IMG/VR virus record: IMGVR_UViG_3300030372_004181
Location: 1 to 61,606 of that record
From: a virus
Taxonomy: Duplodnaviria; Caudoviricetes
Length of the DNA: 61,606 bases
Direction: 5' to 3' (one strand)
Shown here: positions 37,248-47,797 of the stretch, one piece after another
How positions within the stretch are numbered: position 1 is the first letter of the stretch
Layout: each line of letters starts with the position of its first letter
Made by a program: the position numbers and the translations under genes
Notes under the pieces: model-generated
Database searches by the model: none
What the model was told of the DNA's origin: nothing
What the model saw: the letters and a program-made list of their open reading frames with translations, nothing else

Positions 37248-40200
37248 ATGGCTCAAAAAAAAGATAATTATTTATACGGAGATTCAGGAACTCAAGGGTT
37301 AAAGTTCTACGAACAAATTGGTCTTGGACTCGGTTCCGGTCTTTTAAAAATAGGTGAAGGTATAGCAGAACTAGGTGCCGGTTTTTCTGACTACGCTCTT
37401 GATACTGATTTTTTAGAATATTTAGAAGAAAATTATCCTAAAATAAACGTAGATGATGGTCTTGGTAAACTAGTTGAAACAGTTGTTCAGTACGGTGTGC
37501 CTTATGGAGCGGCTTTAAAAATAGCAAGCAAAGTATCTAAAGTAAAAAAACTAGGAGAGGTGGCAAAAGCCGGAGGCATAAAAGGCACAGCGGCTAAATT
37601 AGGATACTATGCCTTACCTGCAGTAGTTAGTGAACCGATAGCTGCAACATCTCGTGATGCAACTTTAGGTCAAGCGTTTGGCCTGTACTCTGATGAGTTT
37701 ATGCAAAGATTAGACCCTACTCAATATGAAGGTAGAGAAAGAGCTTCGGCTCAGTTACAACAAAAGTTATTGTTTGGATTAGAAGCAGGTCCTGTTGTTG
37801 GTGGTATAACAACTTTCATAGGTCCAGCAATAAAAGGAACAGCGAAAGCAGCAGCAACTGTGGGCGGTCCCGTTGTAAGAGCATCTGGAAACTATGTTTT
37901 AAATCCTTTAGCTAATGTTTTAAAAAGTGAACGCACCGGAGTTCCTCAAACAATAAGAGCGTTAAGCGCAGGAAGAATTAAAGCAGGAGAAAAATTAGGA
38001 GTACCAAAATACCAAGATTGGAGATTATTTAACACTCGTTCTGAAAATACAAAAGAAAGAATATTTAAAAGAATAGATAACGTTTTAGCTAGTATTAGAA
38101 CATCAGGCAAAATGGATGTTGAAGTTCAACCTTTGTTAGCAAAAGGATATGATACTGTAGAAGCTTACAAGAAAGCAGCCACTGTTCATTTAGATAACAT
38201 TGATCGTATAGCTAATAATTTAGCAAAAGAAGCTGGCATAATAGCTAAAGGTGAAACAACCATTTACAAAAATAATATGTTTGAAAACATAGGAAAATTT
38301 ATTACTGGTAAAAAAATAGGTAAAAACAAAAGTGCTTTAAGTGCATTGCCTAATAAAGAAATAAAAGATGCTGCTAAAAGTTTAAAGAAATTTTTTAATA
38401 TTTTAAAAAATGATATAAAAGATTTAGGAATAGACGCTGACGAATTAGATTCTTTATTTAGAGGAGATATAAATAAATATCTAAACAGAACATACGAAAT
38501 TGTTAGAAGTTCTCGTTATCGTGTTGACCCTAAAGATAAAGAAGCTGCGGTAAGTTTGTTTTCTAAAATGTTAGGAAAAACAGATGAAAGTGGAAATATT
38601 TTATTAAAAGAATTTAAAGACAATCCTGCTTTACTTAGAGAAACAGCAGAAGCTCATGTTGATGAGTTAATTGATTTAGGTGTTGCTGAAGGTAAATCTA
38701 CAGAAAATTTAATTAAAAGAGCGGCAGAATACATTGAGGGAGAGATAGGAAGTGTAAAAGGTTTTTTAAGTAAAAGAGAAGAACTGCCTGATGCCATTAG
38801 AAAAATTTTTGGAGAATCGGTAGACAAGCGAGCTCAAATTTTAGATACAGTTGCAGAATTTGGTACTATTCAAGGAAAGAAAGGAACGTTTGATGAATTG
38901 GCAAAAGTGTTGGGAGAAAAAGGAGTTTTAATTGAAGCCAGTAGTAAAGCCGCAGCTAAATTAGCTTTTAGAAGAAACACTGGAATACGTTCGTATCAAC
39001 TTGAAAAAATAACTGATCAAGGAGTAAGTAAAATACTTGGCAAAAATATCATAGGTAAATATACAACGCCTGAAATAGCTCAAGCATTAAAGGGTCAAAC
39101 TTTAGCTACCGACATACTTTTACAAAGTTCTATCTATAAATCTTTTTTAGCTACAAAAGGTATTTCTCAATTATCTAAAACTGTTCTTAGTCCAACAACA
39201 CAAATAAGAAATGTAGAGTCAGCGGCCATGTTTGCATTGGCCAACGGTCATTTTGGAAGAGGAGCTAGTCTTCGTGATTCTATGAAGTTAGTATTTGAAG
39301 ACGTGATAGGTCCTAAAGGAGCGTTTGACGTAGAAAGATTGGTTGCTAAGGGAGAAGAGTACAGGAGAAGAGGAATAACAAATTCTAATATTATTACTAG
39401 AGAAGTAACGTCATTAATTGATGACATTGTTAAAAGCACAGAATCAACTGGAAAATTAGGAACTACCGAAGCTATTCTTAAAAGTCTTCAAGATAACTCT
39501 ATACTAAGTAACGCTACAAAAATATACCAAGGAGGTGACGATGTTTGGAAAATATTTGGTTATGAATTTGAAAGATCAAAATTATTAAACATTATTAAAG
39601 GTGGATTAGATGAAAATGGAGTAGCGAGACATGTTGATGATGCTAAAAAATATTACAGAGAAGTTTTTGGAAGACAATTTAATGAGTATATGCCAGATGG
39701 CAAATCAATAAAAACAAGAGAAGAAATAATAGGAGAGATTGCTGCTGAAACAATTAAAAACACATATCCTAACTATTCTTACGTACCAACTTTAGTTCAA
39801 AATTTAAGACGATTGCCCCTTGGTAACTTTATTTCATTTCCAGCAGAAATGTATCGTACAAGTTTTAACTTAATTAAATTTGGTTTAAGAGAAATGCAAT
39901 CAAGTGATCCTTTTGTTCGTCAGTCGGGGGCTAAAAAATTAATAGGTTTTAGTTCAGCGCTGGCTGCTGGAAAAGTTGCACAAGAAACAGCTATGAATTT
40001 GGTGGGAGTTAGTGAAGAACAATTAAATGCAATGAGAGAATCTTTTGTTGCACCTTGGAACAAAACAGGTCCGCTAGTGCCTGTATCTAAAAGAACAGAA
40101 GGAGATCAAACTGTTTATAAATTTATAAACTTTGCTTATCAAAGTCCGTATGATGTTTTAAGCGCTCCATATTACGCAGCTATGGGTCAAATTAATAAAG

Positions 40201-41006
40201 GTCGTTTAGAAGAAAAAGAATTAGATGACATAATGTTTAAGGCATTTTTTGGAGATGCTGATGGTCCGGGTGCTTTTACAAGTTTGTTATCTCCATTTTT
40301 AAGTGAATCAATAATAACAGAGAAGATAAATGATTTAGTTATTAGAGGTGGTGTAACATCTTCTGGTAGAAAAATATTTAGTTCAGAAGATACTGCTTCA
40401 GATGCCGTAGTAAAAGGTGTGTTTCACATTTTAAACGGACTAACTCCGGGAGCATTTACGCAAGTTACTAATATGGCTAGAGGTGTTGTAGGAGAAAAAG
40501 GAACCTATAAAGATTTTAACGCTTCAGACGAAGCCTTAGCTTTAATTGCAGGTATAAGAATTAACGAAACAAATGTCGGTAATTCTTTAGGGTTTAATGT
40601 TAATAGTTTTTTAAATGATCAAATAGAAGCTAAAAGATTATTAACAAGTTCTTTTGCAAAAGCTAATGTTAATCCTGAAACTATTTATAGAGAATATGAA
40701 AGATTGTTAGAAAATAAATATAGAAATTTTGCTGAAATTAGAAAAATATTTAAAGATGCTGAAAAACTTGGATACGAAAAAAAATATATTTTAAGACAAA
40801 TTGGTCGAAGAATATCTAAAAAAGATTTAGCTATAATTTTTAGTGGTAAATTTAGAGCAGATAATTTTAATTCTTTATTAAATGACAAAAGATTTAGAAA
40901 TGTTTTAAGAGCAAGAGGACTTAAATTTAGTGATTTTATAAATAGAGACAGATTAAGAGAAATATATTCTCAATACGATGGTCTCGTTTTTGCAGAAAGG
41001 TTTTAA
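37248..41006 (+). CDS. Large internal virion (ejectosome-like) protein
   Basis: 1252 aa, helical, at end of virion module; KTVLSP.TQ.RN and GNF.SFPAE motifs. Confidence 0.7.
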   Translation: MAQKKDNYLYGDSGTQGLKFYEQIGLGLGSGLLKIGEGIAELGAGFSDYALDTDFLEYLEENYPKINVDDGLGKLVETVVQYGVPYGAALKIASKVSKVKKLGEVAKAGGIKGTAAKLGYYALPAVVSEPIAATSRDATLGQAFGLYSDEFMQRLDPTQYEGRERASAQLQQKLLFGLEAGPVVGGITTFIGPAIKGTAKAAATVGGPVVRASGNYVLNPLANVLKSERTGVPQTIRALSAGRIKAGEKLGVPKYQDWRLFNTRSENTKERIFKRIDNVLASIRTSGKMDVEVQPLLAKGYDTVEAYKKAATVHLDNIDRIANNLAKEAGIIAKGETTIYKNNMFENIGKFITGKKIGKNKSALSALPNKEIKDAAKSLKKFFNILKNDIKDLGIDADELDSLFRGDINKYLNRTYEIVRSSRYRVDPKDKEAAVSLFSKMLGKTDESGNILLKEFKDNPALLRETAEAHVDELIDLGVAEGKSTENLIKRAAEYIEGEIGSVKGFLSKREELPDAIRKIFGESVDKRAQILDTVAEFGTIQGKKGTFDELAKVLGEKGVLIEASSKAAAKLAFRRNTGIRSYQLEKITDQGVSKILGKNIIGKYTTPEIAQALKGQTLATDILLQSSIYKSFLATKGISQLSKTVLSPTTQIRNVESAAMFALANGHFGRGASLRDSMKLVFEDVIGPKGAFDVERLVAKGEEYRRRGITNSNIITREVTSLIDDIVKSTESTGKLGTTEAILKSLQDNSILSNATKIYQGGDDVWKIFGYEFERSKLLNIIKGGLDENGVARHVDDAKKYYREVFGRQFNEYMPDGKSIKTREEIIGEIAAETIKNTYPNYSYVPTLVQNLRRLPLGNFISFPAEMYRTSFNLIKFGLREMQSSDPFVRQSGAKKLIGFSSALAAGKVAQETAMNLVGVSEEQLNAMRESFVAPWNKTGPLVPVSKRTEGDQTVYKFINFAYQSPYDVLSAPYYAAMGQINKGRLEEKELDDIMFKAFFGDADGPGAFTSLLSPFLSESIITEKINDLVIRGGVTSSGRKIFSSEDTASDAVVKGVFHILNGLTPGAFTQVTNMARGVVGEKGTYKDFNASDEALALIAGIRINETNVGNSLGFNVNSFLNDQIEAKRLLTSSFAKANVNPETIYREYERLLENKYRNFAEIRKIFKDAEKLGYEKKYILRQIGRRISKKDLAIIFSGKFRADNFNSLLNDKRFRNVLRARGLKFSDFINRDRLREIYSQYDGLVFAERF

Positions 41007-41234
41007 ATGAGCGACGAAACAAAAGCAGCTTTAGAAACACACTTAGCAGAATGTCAACTGCGTTATCAAGTATTTGAAGAGAAGCTTGATAATATGCAGG
41101 CACAGCAAGAACGTATAAATAAACATACATTTGAACTAAGACAGATGATGACTTGGTTTATGGGAGCAGCAGCATCATTTGCAGCCATATCAATGTTACT
41201 TGGAATAATATTTATCATATCTGAAATAATTTAA
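41007..41234 (+). CDS. Small coiled-coil plus C-terminal TM protein
   Basis: H..EC..RY motif, hydrophobic C-terminus; GAAAGG RBS. Confidence 0.7.
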   Translation: MSDETKAALETHLAECQLRYQVFEEKLDNMQAQQERINKHTFELRQMMTWFMGAAASFAAISMLLGIIFIISEII

Positions 41235-42697
41235 ATCCAATCCTTAAGATCTTCACCTAATATTTCGTTTGCAATATTAACTTTGTTGCGTAATGCTTTT
41301 ACAATTTTTTCATCGACAGTCTTTTCACATATCAGATCAACGTATGTAACTTTGTTTGTTTGACCAATTCTGTGTGCTCGATCCTCTGATTGTAATCTTT
41401 TTTCCAAGTCATAACTGTTTGAGTAGTATACTACAGTGTTAGCCGCTGTAAGTGTGATTCCATACCCTCCAGTTTGTGGATTTCCAACAAAATAGCGTGT
41501 AGGGCCGTTTTTCTCTTGAAATAGCGTGATTTGCTTCTGGCGGACCCTAGGGTCCACTGCACCGTAATATGCCACTGTAGAGGCTTCTCCGTAAGCTTTT
41601 TTTAACTCAACAACTATATTTTCTATGTCAGAAACGTAAGTTGCCCATATTATAACCTTGCCTTCGGTTTCTTCCAACAACGACATCAATTCTGTTAATC
41701 GATTATTTTTTAAATGTGTAACTGACCCATCATCCGTTTTCAAATGACCACAAGTGATTTGATGAAGACGTAAAAGTTGTGTCAGTACATTTACAGTTGA
41801 ACAAAGTTTGCCATCAAGTTCTGCCAGCGCCATCTGTCTCATAGTTGTGTACGCACGTTGTTGCTCTGGTGTCATTTCAATTATTCTTTTTTCAAATACT
41901 TTGTCCGGTAAATCAAGACAGTCTTCTTTTAATATTCGATAGGAAAATTTACTAACAATATCTGACAGTTCTCCAAGGTTACGATAACTATTATTGGGTC
42001 TAACAATATTCACCGAACGACCGCCAACGTTAATTGTCTGCATGTTGGCATAGCGTGCTCTAAATGTATAGTAAGAACTATGCCCTAACAATTCTTCATT
42101 TAAAAACTCACATTGTGAGTATAAATCTAAAGGACTTTTGGTGACAGGACTGCCTGTCATGATGCGTTTGTAATACGCATAACGGCTAACGGACACTATA
42201 TTTTTGGTGCGTTTGGCCGATGGTGTCTTTATTGTAGTGCTTTCATCAATTGCCATCATTGACTTGTAACACATTAAAAAACTTTGAGCTGCTTCCATTC
42301 CAGGTTTAGATGAGAAGGCTTCTATGTTCATAACAAACAAAGTCAAAGAGGGGTCTCTTGTTTGTACATACAGTTGATCTAATAGTTCTTGATCTTGTTT
42401 AGATCTAGAGCTTGGAGCAGACCACTGAAACGTCCTACAATCAATGTGTTCTGGTAAGTGTGTAGGTATTTCTTGCTCTATCCAGTTTTTATAAACACCT
42501 TTTGGTGCAACAATAATAGCTGCTTCAATCTTACCTTCGTCATACAACATAGCAATATTATCTAATAATATTTTTGATTTGCCTGTTCCCATTTCACAAA
42601 ACAATGCAAAATTTTTCTTTTTATAACTAACTTTTAACGCATCAATTTGATGTTGATATGGTTTTGTTTTAAAGCGGTAGTCCATGGTTTCTGCCAT
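41231..42697 (-). CDS. SNF2-family helicase
   Basis: EMGTGKS (Walker A), IDEST, MTGSP, GITLT, QSEDRAHRIGQ; start placed at ATG 42697. Confidence 0.92.
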   Translation of the reverse strand: MAETMDYRFKTKPYQHQIDALKVSYKKKNFALFCEMGTGKSKILLDNIAMLYDEGKIEAAIIVAPKGVYKNWIEQEIPTHLPEHIDCRTFQWSAPSSRSKQDQELLDQLYVQTRDPSLTLFVMNIEAFSSKPGMEAAQSFLMCYKSMMAIDESTTIKTPSAKRTKNIVSVSRYAYYKRIMTGSPVTKSPLDLYSQCEFLNEELLGHSSYYTFRARYANMQTINVGGRSVNIVRPNNSYRNLGELSDIVSKFSYRILKEDCLDLPDKVFEKRIIEMTPEQQRAYTTMRQMALAELDGKLCSTVNVLTQLLRLHQITCGHLKTDDGSVTHLKNNRLTELMSLLEETEGKVIIWATYVSDIENIVVELKKAYGEASTVAYYGAVDPRVRQKQITLFQEKNGPTRYFVGNPQTGGYGITLTAANTVVYYSNSYDLEKRLQSEDRAHRIGQTNKVTYVDLICEKTVDEKIVKALRNKVNIANEILGEDLKDWI

Positions 42698-42737
42698 TTC
42701 TGCTCTTAATTCTTTCTTTATAAAATATAATAGTTTT

Positions 42738-42785
42738 CTTTCTTGATTTATTATATAATACATGCTATATAATTTGTCAAGAAAG
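42738..42785. promoter_or_regulatory. Overlapping divergent promoters
   Basis: + strand TTGATT-17-TATATA; - strand TTGACA (42780-75)-17-TATATA; flanked by inverted repeat CTTTCTTGA/TCAAGAAAG. Confidence 0.55.
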
Positions 42786-42790
42786 TTAGT

Positions 42791-43141
42791 ATGACTGTAT
42801 ACTGTATACAAGAACCGAGAGGAACTGCCGATGGCGTTCCTAAATACGACGTGTTAGAAGCGTCACCATACGGTGAAGTAAAATTTTTATTTTCTGAATT
42901 TGCTCAGTTAATGAAAAGTTCGGGTGCGGCCATAAACTCGTTAAGAAAGAAACTAAAAGGTTTTAACGATGGTGACTACTTGATAGCTGCTGGAGATCCA
43001 GGATTAATTGCTATATCCTGTCTAGTAGCAAGTGATCTTAATTTTGGTAGAGTAAAACTATTAAAATGGGATCGCAGAGATAGAAAGTATTATTCATTAT
43101 CGATAGACCTTTATAACAAGGAGAAAGAAAGTGATGAATGA
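42791..43141 (+). CDS. Hypothetical replication-module protein
   Basis: A..YGE, DYL...GDP and LKWDR motifs; first gene of the replication operon. Confidence 0.8.
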   Translation: MTVYCIQEPRGTADGVPKYDVLEASPYGEVKFLFSEFAQLMKSSGAAINSLRKKLKGFNDGDYLIAAGDPGLIAISCLVASDLNFGRVKLLKWDRRDRKYYSLSIDLYNKEKESDE

Positions 43142-43715
43142 AATTGATTATAACGGTGATACAATAGACTTTGAAAAGGATCAATTGGAGAGAGTGAATG
43201 ACTCTGGTCTCCTGAGCATCGCGGATTGTTGTCAAAGATTGGTCGATCTTGAGAACGAAGCATCCACCCTCGAGAATCAATTGAAACACATTAAAGAAGA
43301 AATGTTAAGTGTCAGGAATGAAAAAATACCTGCATTAATGCAAGAAAAGAACTTGACACAACTTAAATTAAATGATGGTAGTGCAATAGAAATAAAGAAT
43401 TTTTACGGAATTAGTGTGCCAAAAGATCCCGATGAACGGGCAACGGCATATCAATGGCTTCGTGACAATAACTTAGGAGATATTATCAAGAATGAAATAT
43501 CAGCTAGGTTTGGTCGTAACGAAGACGGGAAGGCATTGGAGTTTTCCAAGTTAGCCACCGCCAATGGGTACGAGGTTCAACAAGATTTAAAAGTTGAACC
43601 AATGACTCTGAAAGCAACTCTTCGGGAACTGCACGAAAAAGGTGCAGAGCTACCACCCGAGGATATTTTTAAAACGTTTGTTGGTAGGCAAGCAAAAGTT
43701 ACAAGGAAAAAATAA
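43131..43715 (+). CDS. Hypothetical replication-module protein
   Basis: Coiled coil, then WLRDNNLGDIIKN...VEPMTLKA. Confidence 0.8.
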   Translation: MMNEIDYNGDTIDFEKDQLERVNDSGLLSIADCCQRLVDLENEASTLENQLKHIKEEMLSVRNEKIPALMQEKNLTQLKLNDGSAIEIKNFYGISVPKDPDERATAYQWLRDNNLGDIIKNEISARFGRNEDGKALEFSKLATANGYEVQQDLKVEPMTLKATLRELHEKGAELPPEDIFKTFVGRQAKVTRKK

Positions 43716-43717
43716 TA

Positions 43718-44497
43718 ATGAATAAAGTAGCAAAAACAACGAAAAACGAAATAGCGTCAGTAGACACAAATATGTTCATGGCTGACGCAGAAACACAGAG
43801 CGGTCTTGAGAACGTAAGTTCCACGGACGATTTAGCACTTCCATTTTTGAAAGTGTTAAGTCAACTCTCTCCTCAATGCAACAAGACAAGTAATAATTAT
43901 GTCGAAGGTTCAGAGCCGGGCATGATTTACAACACTGTGTCTGGCAACTTGTACGATGGAGAACAAGGTATAGACATTATACCTTGCCACTATAAACGTG
44001 AGTTTATAGAGTGGGGCGAGCGCGGTAAAGGCAGCGGTGCACCCGTAGCAATACATGGGGCTGATTTTGATATCAGTCAAGCACCTCGTGATTCTAACTA
44101 TCAAAACAGAATGGCTAACGGTAACGTCATCGATGAAACTGCAAATCATTATGTTTTAGTAGTTAGTGAAAATGGTTACGAGCAAGCGCTTATTACTATG
44201 AAAGCTACGCAAAGAAAAGTTTCACGTAAGTGGAACTCCATGATGCTTGGTTTGAAGATGCAAGGTAAGAACGGACCTTTTACACCGCCGTCTTATAGTC
44301 ATACTTACAAGCTGAGAACTGTACCACAGTCCAATTCAAAAGGGACTTGGTTTGGGTGGGACATTCAAAAGATTGGTCCCGTTAGTGATAAAGGCATTTA
44401 CGAAGCAGCTAAATCTTTCTCACAAGCAGTGGGTAAAGATACTGTTAAGGTGTCACATGAGGAAGAAGCGCAAGCAGCGGCTTCTAATTCATACTAA
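43718..44497 (+). CDS. Putative single-stranded DNA-binding protein
   Basis: DLALPFLKVL..LSP, beta-rich core, acidic/aromatic tail; position before primase; own terminator. Confidence 0.6.
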   Translation: MNKVAKTTKNEIASVDTNMFMADAETQSGLENVSSTDDLALPFLKVLSQLSPQCNKTSNNYVEGSEPGMIYNTVSGNLYDGEQGIDIIPCHYKREFIEWGERGKGSGAPVAIHGADFDISQAPRDSNYQNRMANGNVIDETANHYVLVVSENGYEQALITMKATQRKVSRKWNSMMLGLKMQGKNGPFTPPSYSHTYKLRTVPQSNSKGTWFGWDIQKIGPVSDKGIYEAAKSFSQAVGKDTVKVSHEEEAQAAASNSY

Positions 44498-44501
44498 GAT
44501 T

Positions 44502-44526
44502 AAGGGCGGCGCAAGCCGCCCTTTTT
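44502..44526 (+). terminator. Intrinsic terminator
   Basis: AAGGGCGGC-GCAA-GCCGCCCTT then TTT. Confidence 0.88.
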
Positions 44527-44541
44527 ATATAAAGGGACACG

Positions 44542-46089
44542 ATGAAAGACAAGTTTATAGAGATATTTAGTGGGTTGAATATTGCTTATGGTAAATTTAT
44601 ACCCGAAGATAAAAATGATGCAGGTAAACTGCAAGGGAAGAATCAAATTATTAGAGAGCCAGAGGGTCTACCCGAACATTTGTGGGAAGATCATTTAAGT
44701 GGCAAAACAAGTTTAGGAATTATACCAATTGATGAAAATAATTCTTGTAGGTGGGGATGTATTGACATTGATATTTACAATGGTTTTAGTCATATTGATT
44801 TAATTAAAAAGATTAGAAAGCATGGGCTACCTTTGATTGTGTTTAGATCAAAGAGTGGTGGAGCTCATGTCTTTATGTTTTTCACTGTCCCTGTGAAAGC
44901 TGGTCTCGTGCAGTCCAAGTTAAAGGAGTTTGCTTCTTTTTTGGGTTGTGCGGGATCGGAGATATTTCCAAAACAAACTAAGTTGTTATTGGATAGAGGA
45001 CAAACAGGGAACTATCTAAACCTTCCATACTTTAATTGTGAAGATAGTCAGAGATACGCTTTAGATGACGATGGTAATCCTTGTAGTATAGAACAGTTCT
45101 ATACACTGTATGATATTTACGCACAAGATGGAGCAGAAAAAGAATATTTAAAACTAGAGGATTTCTTTGTTGGAGGCCCGCCATGTTTAAATACACTGTA
45201 TTCCAATGGCATACCAGAGGGTGGTCGTAATGAGACAATGACAAACATAGCTGTTTATTATCAAAAGTCTGGTGAGAAAAAAATTAAATTAAAATTGTTA
45301 ACGGTCAACGAGGATATATGTGATCCGCCATTAGATGAAAAAGAAATTGATATTATAGTTAATTCTATAACTAAAAAAGAATATGACTATGGCTGTAGTA
45401 AAGAACCTTTAGCATCTAATTGTAATAAGAAAGAATGCTACAAACGCAAGTATGGCAAAGGTAAAGTTGATCTTGAGATTACTCCTGCCGGTTTAGAACG
45501 ATTTGGAGTTGAACCTCCTATATGGTTCATGACTTTAGATGGAGGCACAACCTTAGAGCTTACAACGGATGATCTTCAATTACAAACACGTTTTCAAAAA
45601 GCATGTATTGAACAGTTAAAGATTATGCCAGGAACTATACCGGCCCCACGTTGGGCAGAAAAAATCAACGCATTACTTGGTGAATCAACCGATAGTCCTG
45701 GTATAACAGGTACAAGTAATACAGAGATATTTATAGATTATCTAAAAGAATGGTGCACAAACAAAGGTGCAGCAGAAACTAAAGAAGAAATTAGTTTAGG
45801 TAAACCATGGTTAAATAGAGAGGCCAATACTAATCGTAAACATCATTTTTTATTAAAAGATTTGGAAGATTTTTTACAAAAGAAAAAGTTTAATGCATTC
45901 AACAGAACAAAAATTACTTTTGTTTTAAAAGATAAATTAAAAGGAGAGAAGATAAGTTTACGAATGAACTCGTCTGGGGACAAAGACAAAATTATAAAGG
46001 TATGGTCCATACCTGAATTTGTAGATGAAATGGAAGATATTGAAACTGTTATCCCTGATATGAAAGACAAGAAAGAGTATGAAGCATAA
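44542..46089 (+). CDS. DNA primase (AEP/prim-pol type with PriCT-like domain)
   Basis: WGCIDID, RSKSGGAH, EIFPKQ, GNYLNLPY; EGGRNE...N...PPL. Confidence 0.85.
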   Translation: MKDKFIEIFSGLNIAYGKFIPEDKNDAGKLQGKNQIIREPEGLPEHLWEDHLSGKTSLGIIPIDENNSCRWGCIDIDIYNGFSHIDLIKKIRKHGLPLIVFRSKSGGAHVFMFFTVPVKAGLVQSKLKEFASFLGCAGSEIFPKQTKLLLDRGQTGNYLNLPYFNCEDSQRYALDDDGNPCSIEQFYTLYDIYAQDGAEKEYLKLEDFFVGGPPCLNTLYSNGIPEGGRNETMTNIAVYYQKSGEKKIKLKLLTVNEDICDPPLDEKEIDIIVNSITKKEYDYGCSKEPLASNCNKKECYKRKYGKGKVDLEITPAGLERFGVEPPIWFMTLDGGTTLELTTDDLQLQTRFQKACIEQLKIMPGTIPAPRWAEKINALLGESTDSPGITGTSNTEIFIDYLKEWCTNKGAAETKEEISLGKPWLNREANTNRKHHFLLKDLEDFLQKKKFNAFNRTKITFVLKDKLKGEKISLRMNSSGDKDKIIKVWSIPEFVDEMEDIETVIPDMKDKKEYEA

Positions 46090-47588
46090 TGGCTGAGGTT
46101 ATTAAACTATTAGGTCCTCCGGGAACAGGAAAAACTACAACTCTTTTGGATTATGTAAAAGAAGAGATGGAAAAGAATGACATTGATAAGATAGGTTACT
46201 TTTCTTTTACTAGGAAAGCAGCACACGAAGCAAGAGATAGAGCTATGGAAAAGTTTGATCTTGAAGCAAAAAGTTTTAAATGGTTTTCTACGTTACATTC
46301 TTGTGGCTATCATTGTATAGATTTAGAAGGTAGAGCGGTTATGGGCAAAGCTCAGTATAAATCTTTTGGTGATAAAATAGGATTAAAAGCAAAACTTTCT
46401 GTAGATAAAGAAACAGGGTTATCTGACAATATATATTTAACTCATCATAATTTAGCTAGAGCAAGAGGCATATCACTACAAGAGCATTACAAAAAGTATG
46501 TTGACTCATCTGTTGTGGAATGGAAGTTCTTAGAATATTTTTCTCAAGCATACGATCAATACAAAGAGGTCAACGGTTACATTGATTATTCTGATATGTG
46601 CTACGAAGCAGTTAATGAAAACTTATTACCTCAACTTGATGTGGTTTTTATAGATGAAGCTCAGGACTTAACTCCTTTGCAATGGTCTATGGTAGAACAT
46701 TTTGCATCAACAGCAGGGAAACTTTATCTTGCAGGTGATGATGACCAAGCGATCTACAGATGGTTGGGCGCAGACGTTGAAAGATTTATAGAGTACCCTG
46801 CTACAGAAATAACACTTCCTCAATCTTATAGAGTTAAAAAACAAATACAGGAATTTGCTGATGGTATAATTAAAATAACAAAGAACAGAATTGAAAAAGA
46901 TTGGGAACCAAGAGAAGAAGAGGGTTTACTAAAGTATCACCAAACCATTGAAAGTGTTGATCTTTCTGTTGGCAACTGGTTGATACTAGGAAGAGATAAA
47001 TTTATTTTAAACAAACTAGAAGAGGCTTGTCGTAATCAAGGTCTATGGTATGAAAAACAAGAATTTAAAAACAACGTTCGTCCAATACCTCAAAGAATGT
47101 TTGAAGCAGTTATAGGTTGGAATGAATTAGTTGAAGGTAATCCGGTAGACAAAAAAACAATTAAGAAAATATTTTATTATAAGAAAGTTGCAGAAGGAAC
47201 TAATGATAAAATAGATATAATGAACGACAGTCATTTATACGACATGGACACTTTGAAAGTTTTATTAGGTCCTTTTAGTGTGGGTGAATGGCATCAAGCA
47301 TTGGACAAAATTAATCTTAAAGATAGAGCATATCTATTACGTCTTGGTCTTGGAGAAGAAGATATAACTAAGAAACCTCGCATAAAAATATCTACAATTC
47401 ATGGTGCAAAAGGTGGCGAATCTGATAATGTATTACTTGCGACAGATATGAATTTAAAAACATACAACGCGTATCAGAAAGACTCAGACGATGAACAAAG
47501 AGTATTTTATGTTGGCGCCACAAGAGCAAAGGATGAACTACATGTACTATTACCACAAACGAATATGCACTTTAGGTTTGCGTTATGA
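46089..47588 (+). CDS. UvrD/Rep-like SF1 helicase
   Basis: GPPGTGKT, IDEAQD, GDDDQAIY, QSYR, STIHGAKGGE, FYVGATRA. Confidence 0.93.
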   Translation: MAEVIKLLGPPGTGKTTTLLDYVKEEMEKNDIDKIGYFSFTRKAAHEARDRAMEKFDLEAKSFKWFSTLHSCGYHCIDLEGRAVMGKAQYKSFGDKIGLKAKLSVDKETGLSDNIYLTHHNLARARGISLQEHYKKYVDSSVVEWKFLEYFSQAYDQYKEVNGYIDYSDMCYEAVNENLLPQLDVVFIDEAQDLTPLQWSMVEHFASTAGKLYLAGDDDQAIYRWLGADVERFIEYPATEITLPQSYRVKKQIQEFADGIIKITKNRIEKDWEPREEEGLLKYHQTIESVDLSVGNWLILGRDKFILNKLEEACRNQGLWYEKQEFKNNVRPIPQRMFEAVIGWNELVEGNPVDKKTIKKIFYYKKVAEGTNDKIDIMNDSHLYDMDTLKVLLGPFSVGEWHQALDKINLKDRAYLLRLGLGEEDITKKPRIKISTIHGAKGGESDNVLLATDMNLKTYNAYQKDSDDEQRVFYVGATRAKDELHVLLPQTNMHFRFAL

Positions 47589-47797
47589 CAGATAATGTAA
47601 ATCATCCACCACACTATAAACAAGGAGACATAGAGTGTATTGATGCAATTAAGTCTGCACTTGGAGATAGTTTTAAATTTTATTTACAAGGTAACGCTAT
47701 AAAATATTTATGGAGACATCAACATAAAGGGAAAGTCATAGAAGACTTGGACAAAGCAATATGGTACATTAACAAATTAAAAGAAGAATATGAATAA
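47585..47797 (+). CDS. DUF3310 / T7 gp1.7-like nucleotide kinase
   Basis: DNVNHPPHY...IECID...GNAIKYLWR...K...EDLDKA.WY. Confidence 0.85.
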   Translation: MTDNVNHPPHYKQGDIECIDAIKSALGDSFKFYLQGNAIKYLWRHQHKGKVIEDLDKAIWYINKLKEEYE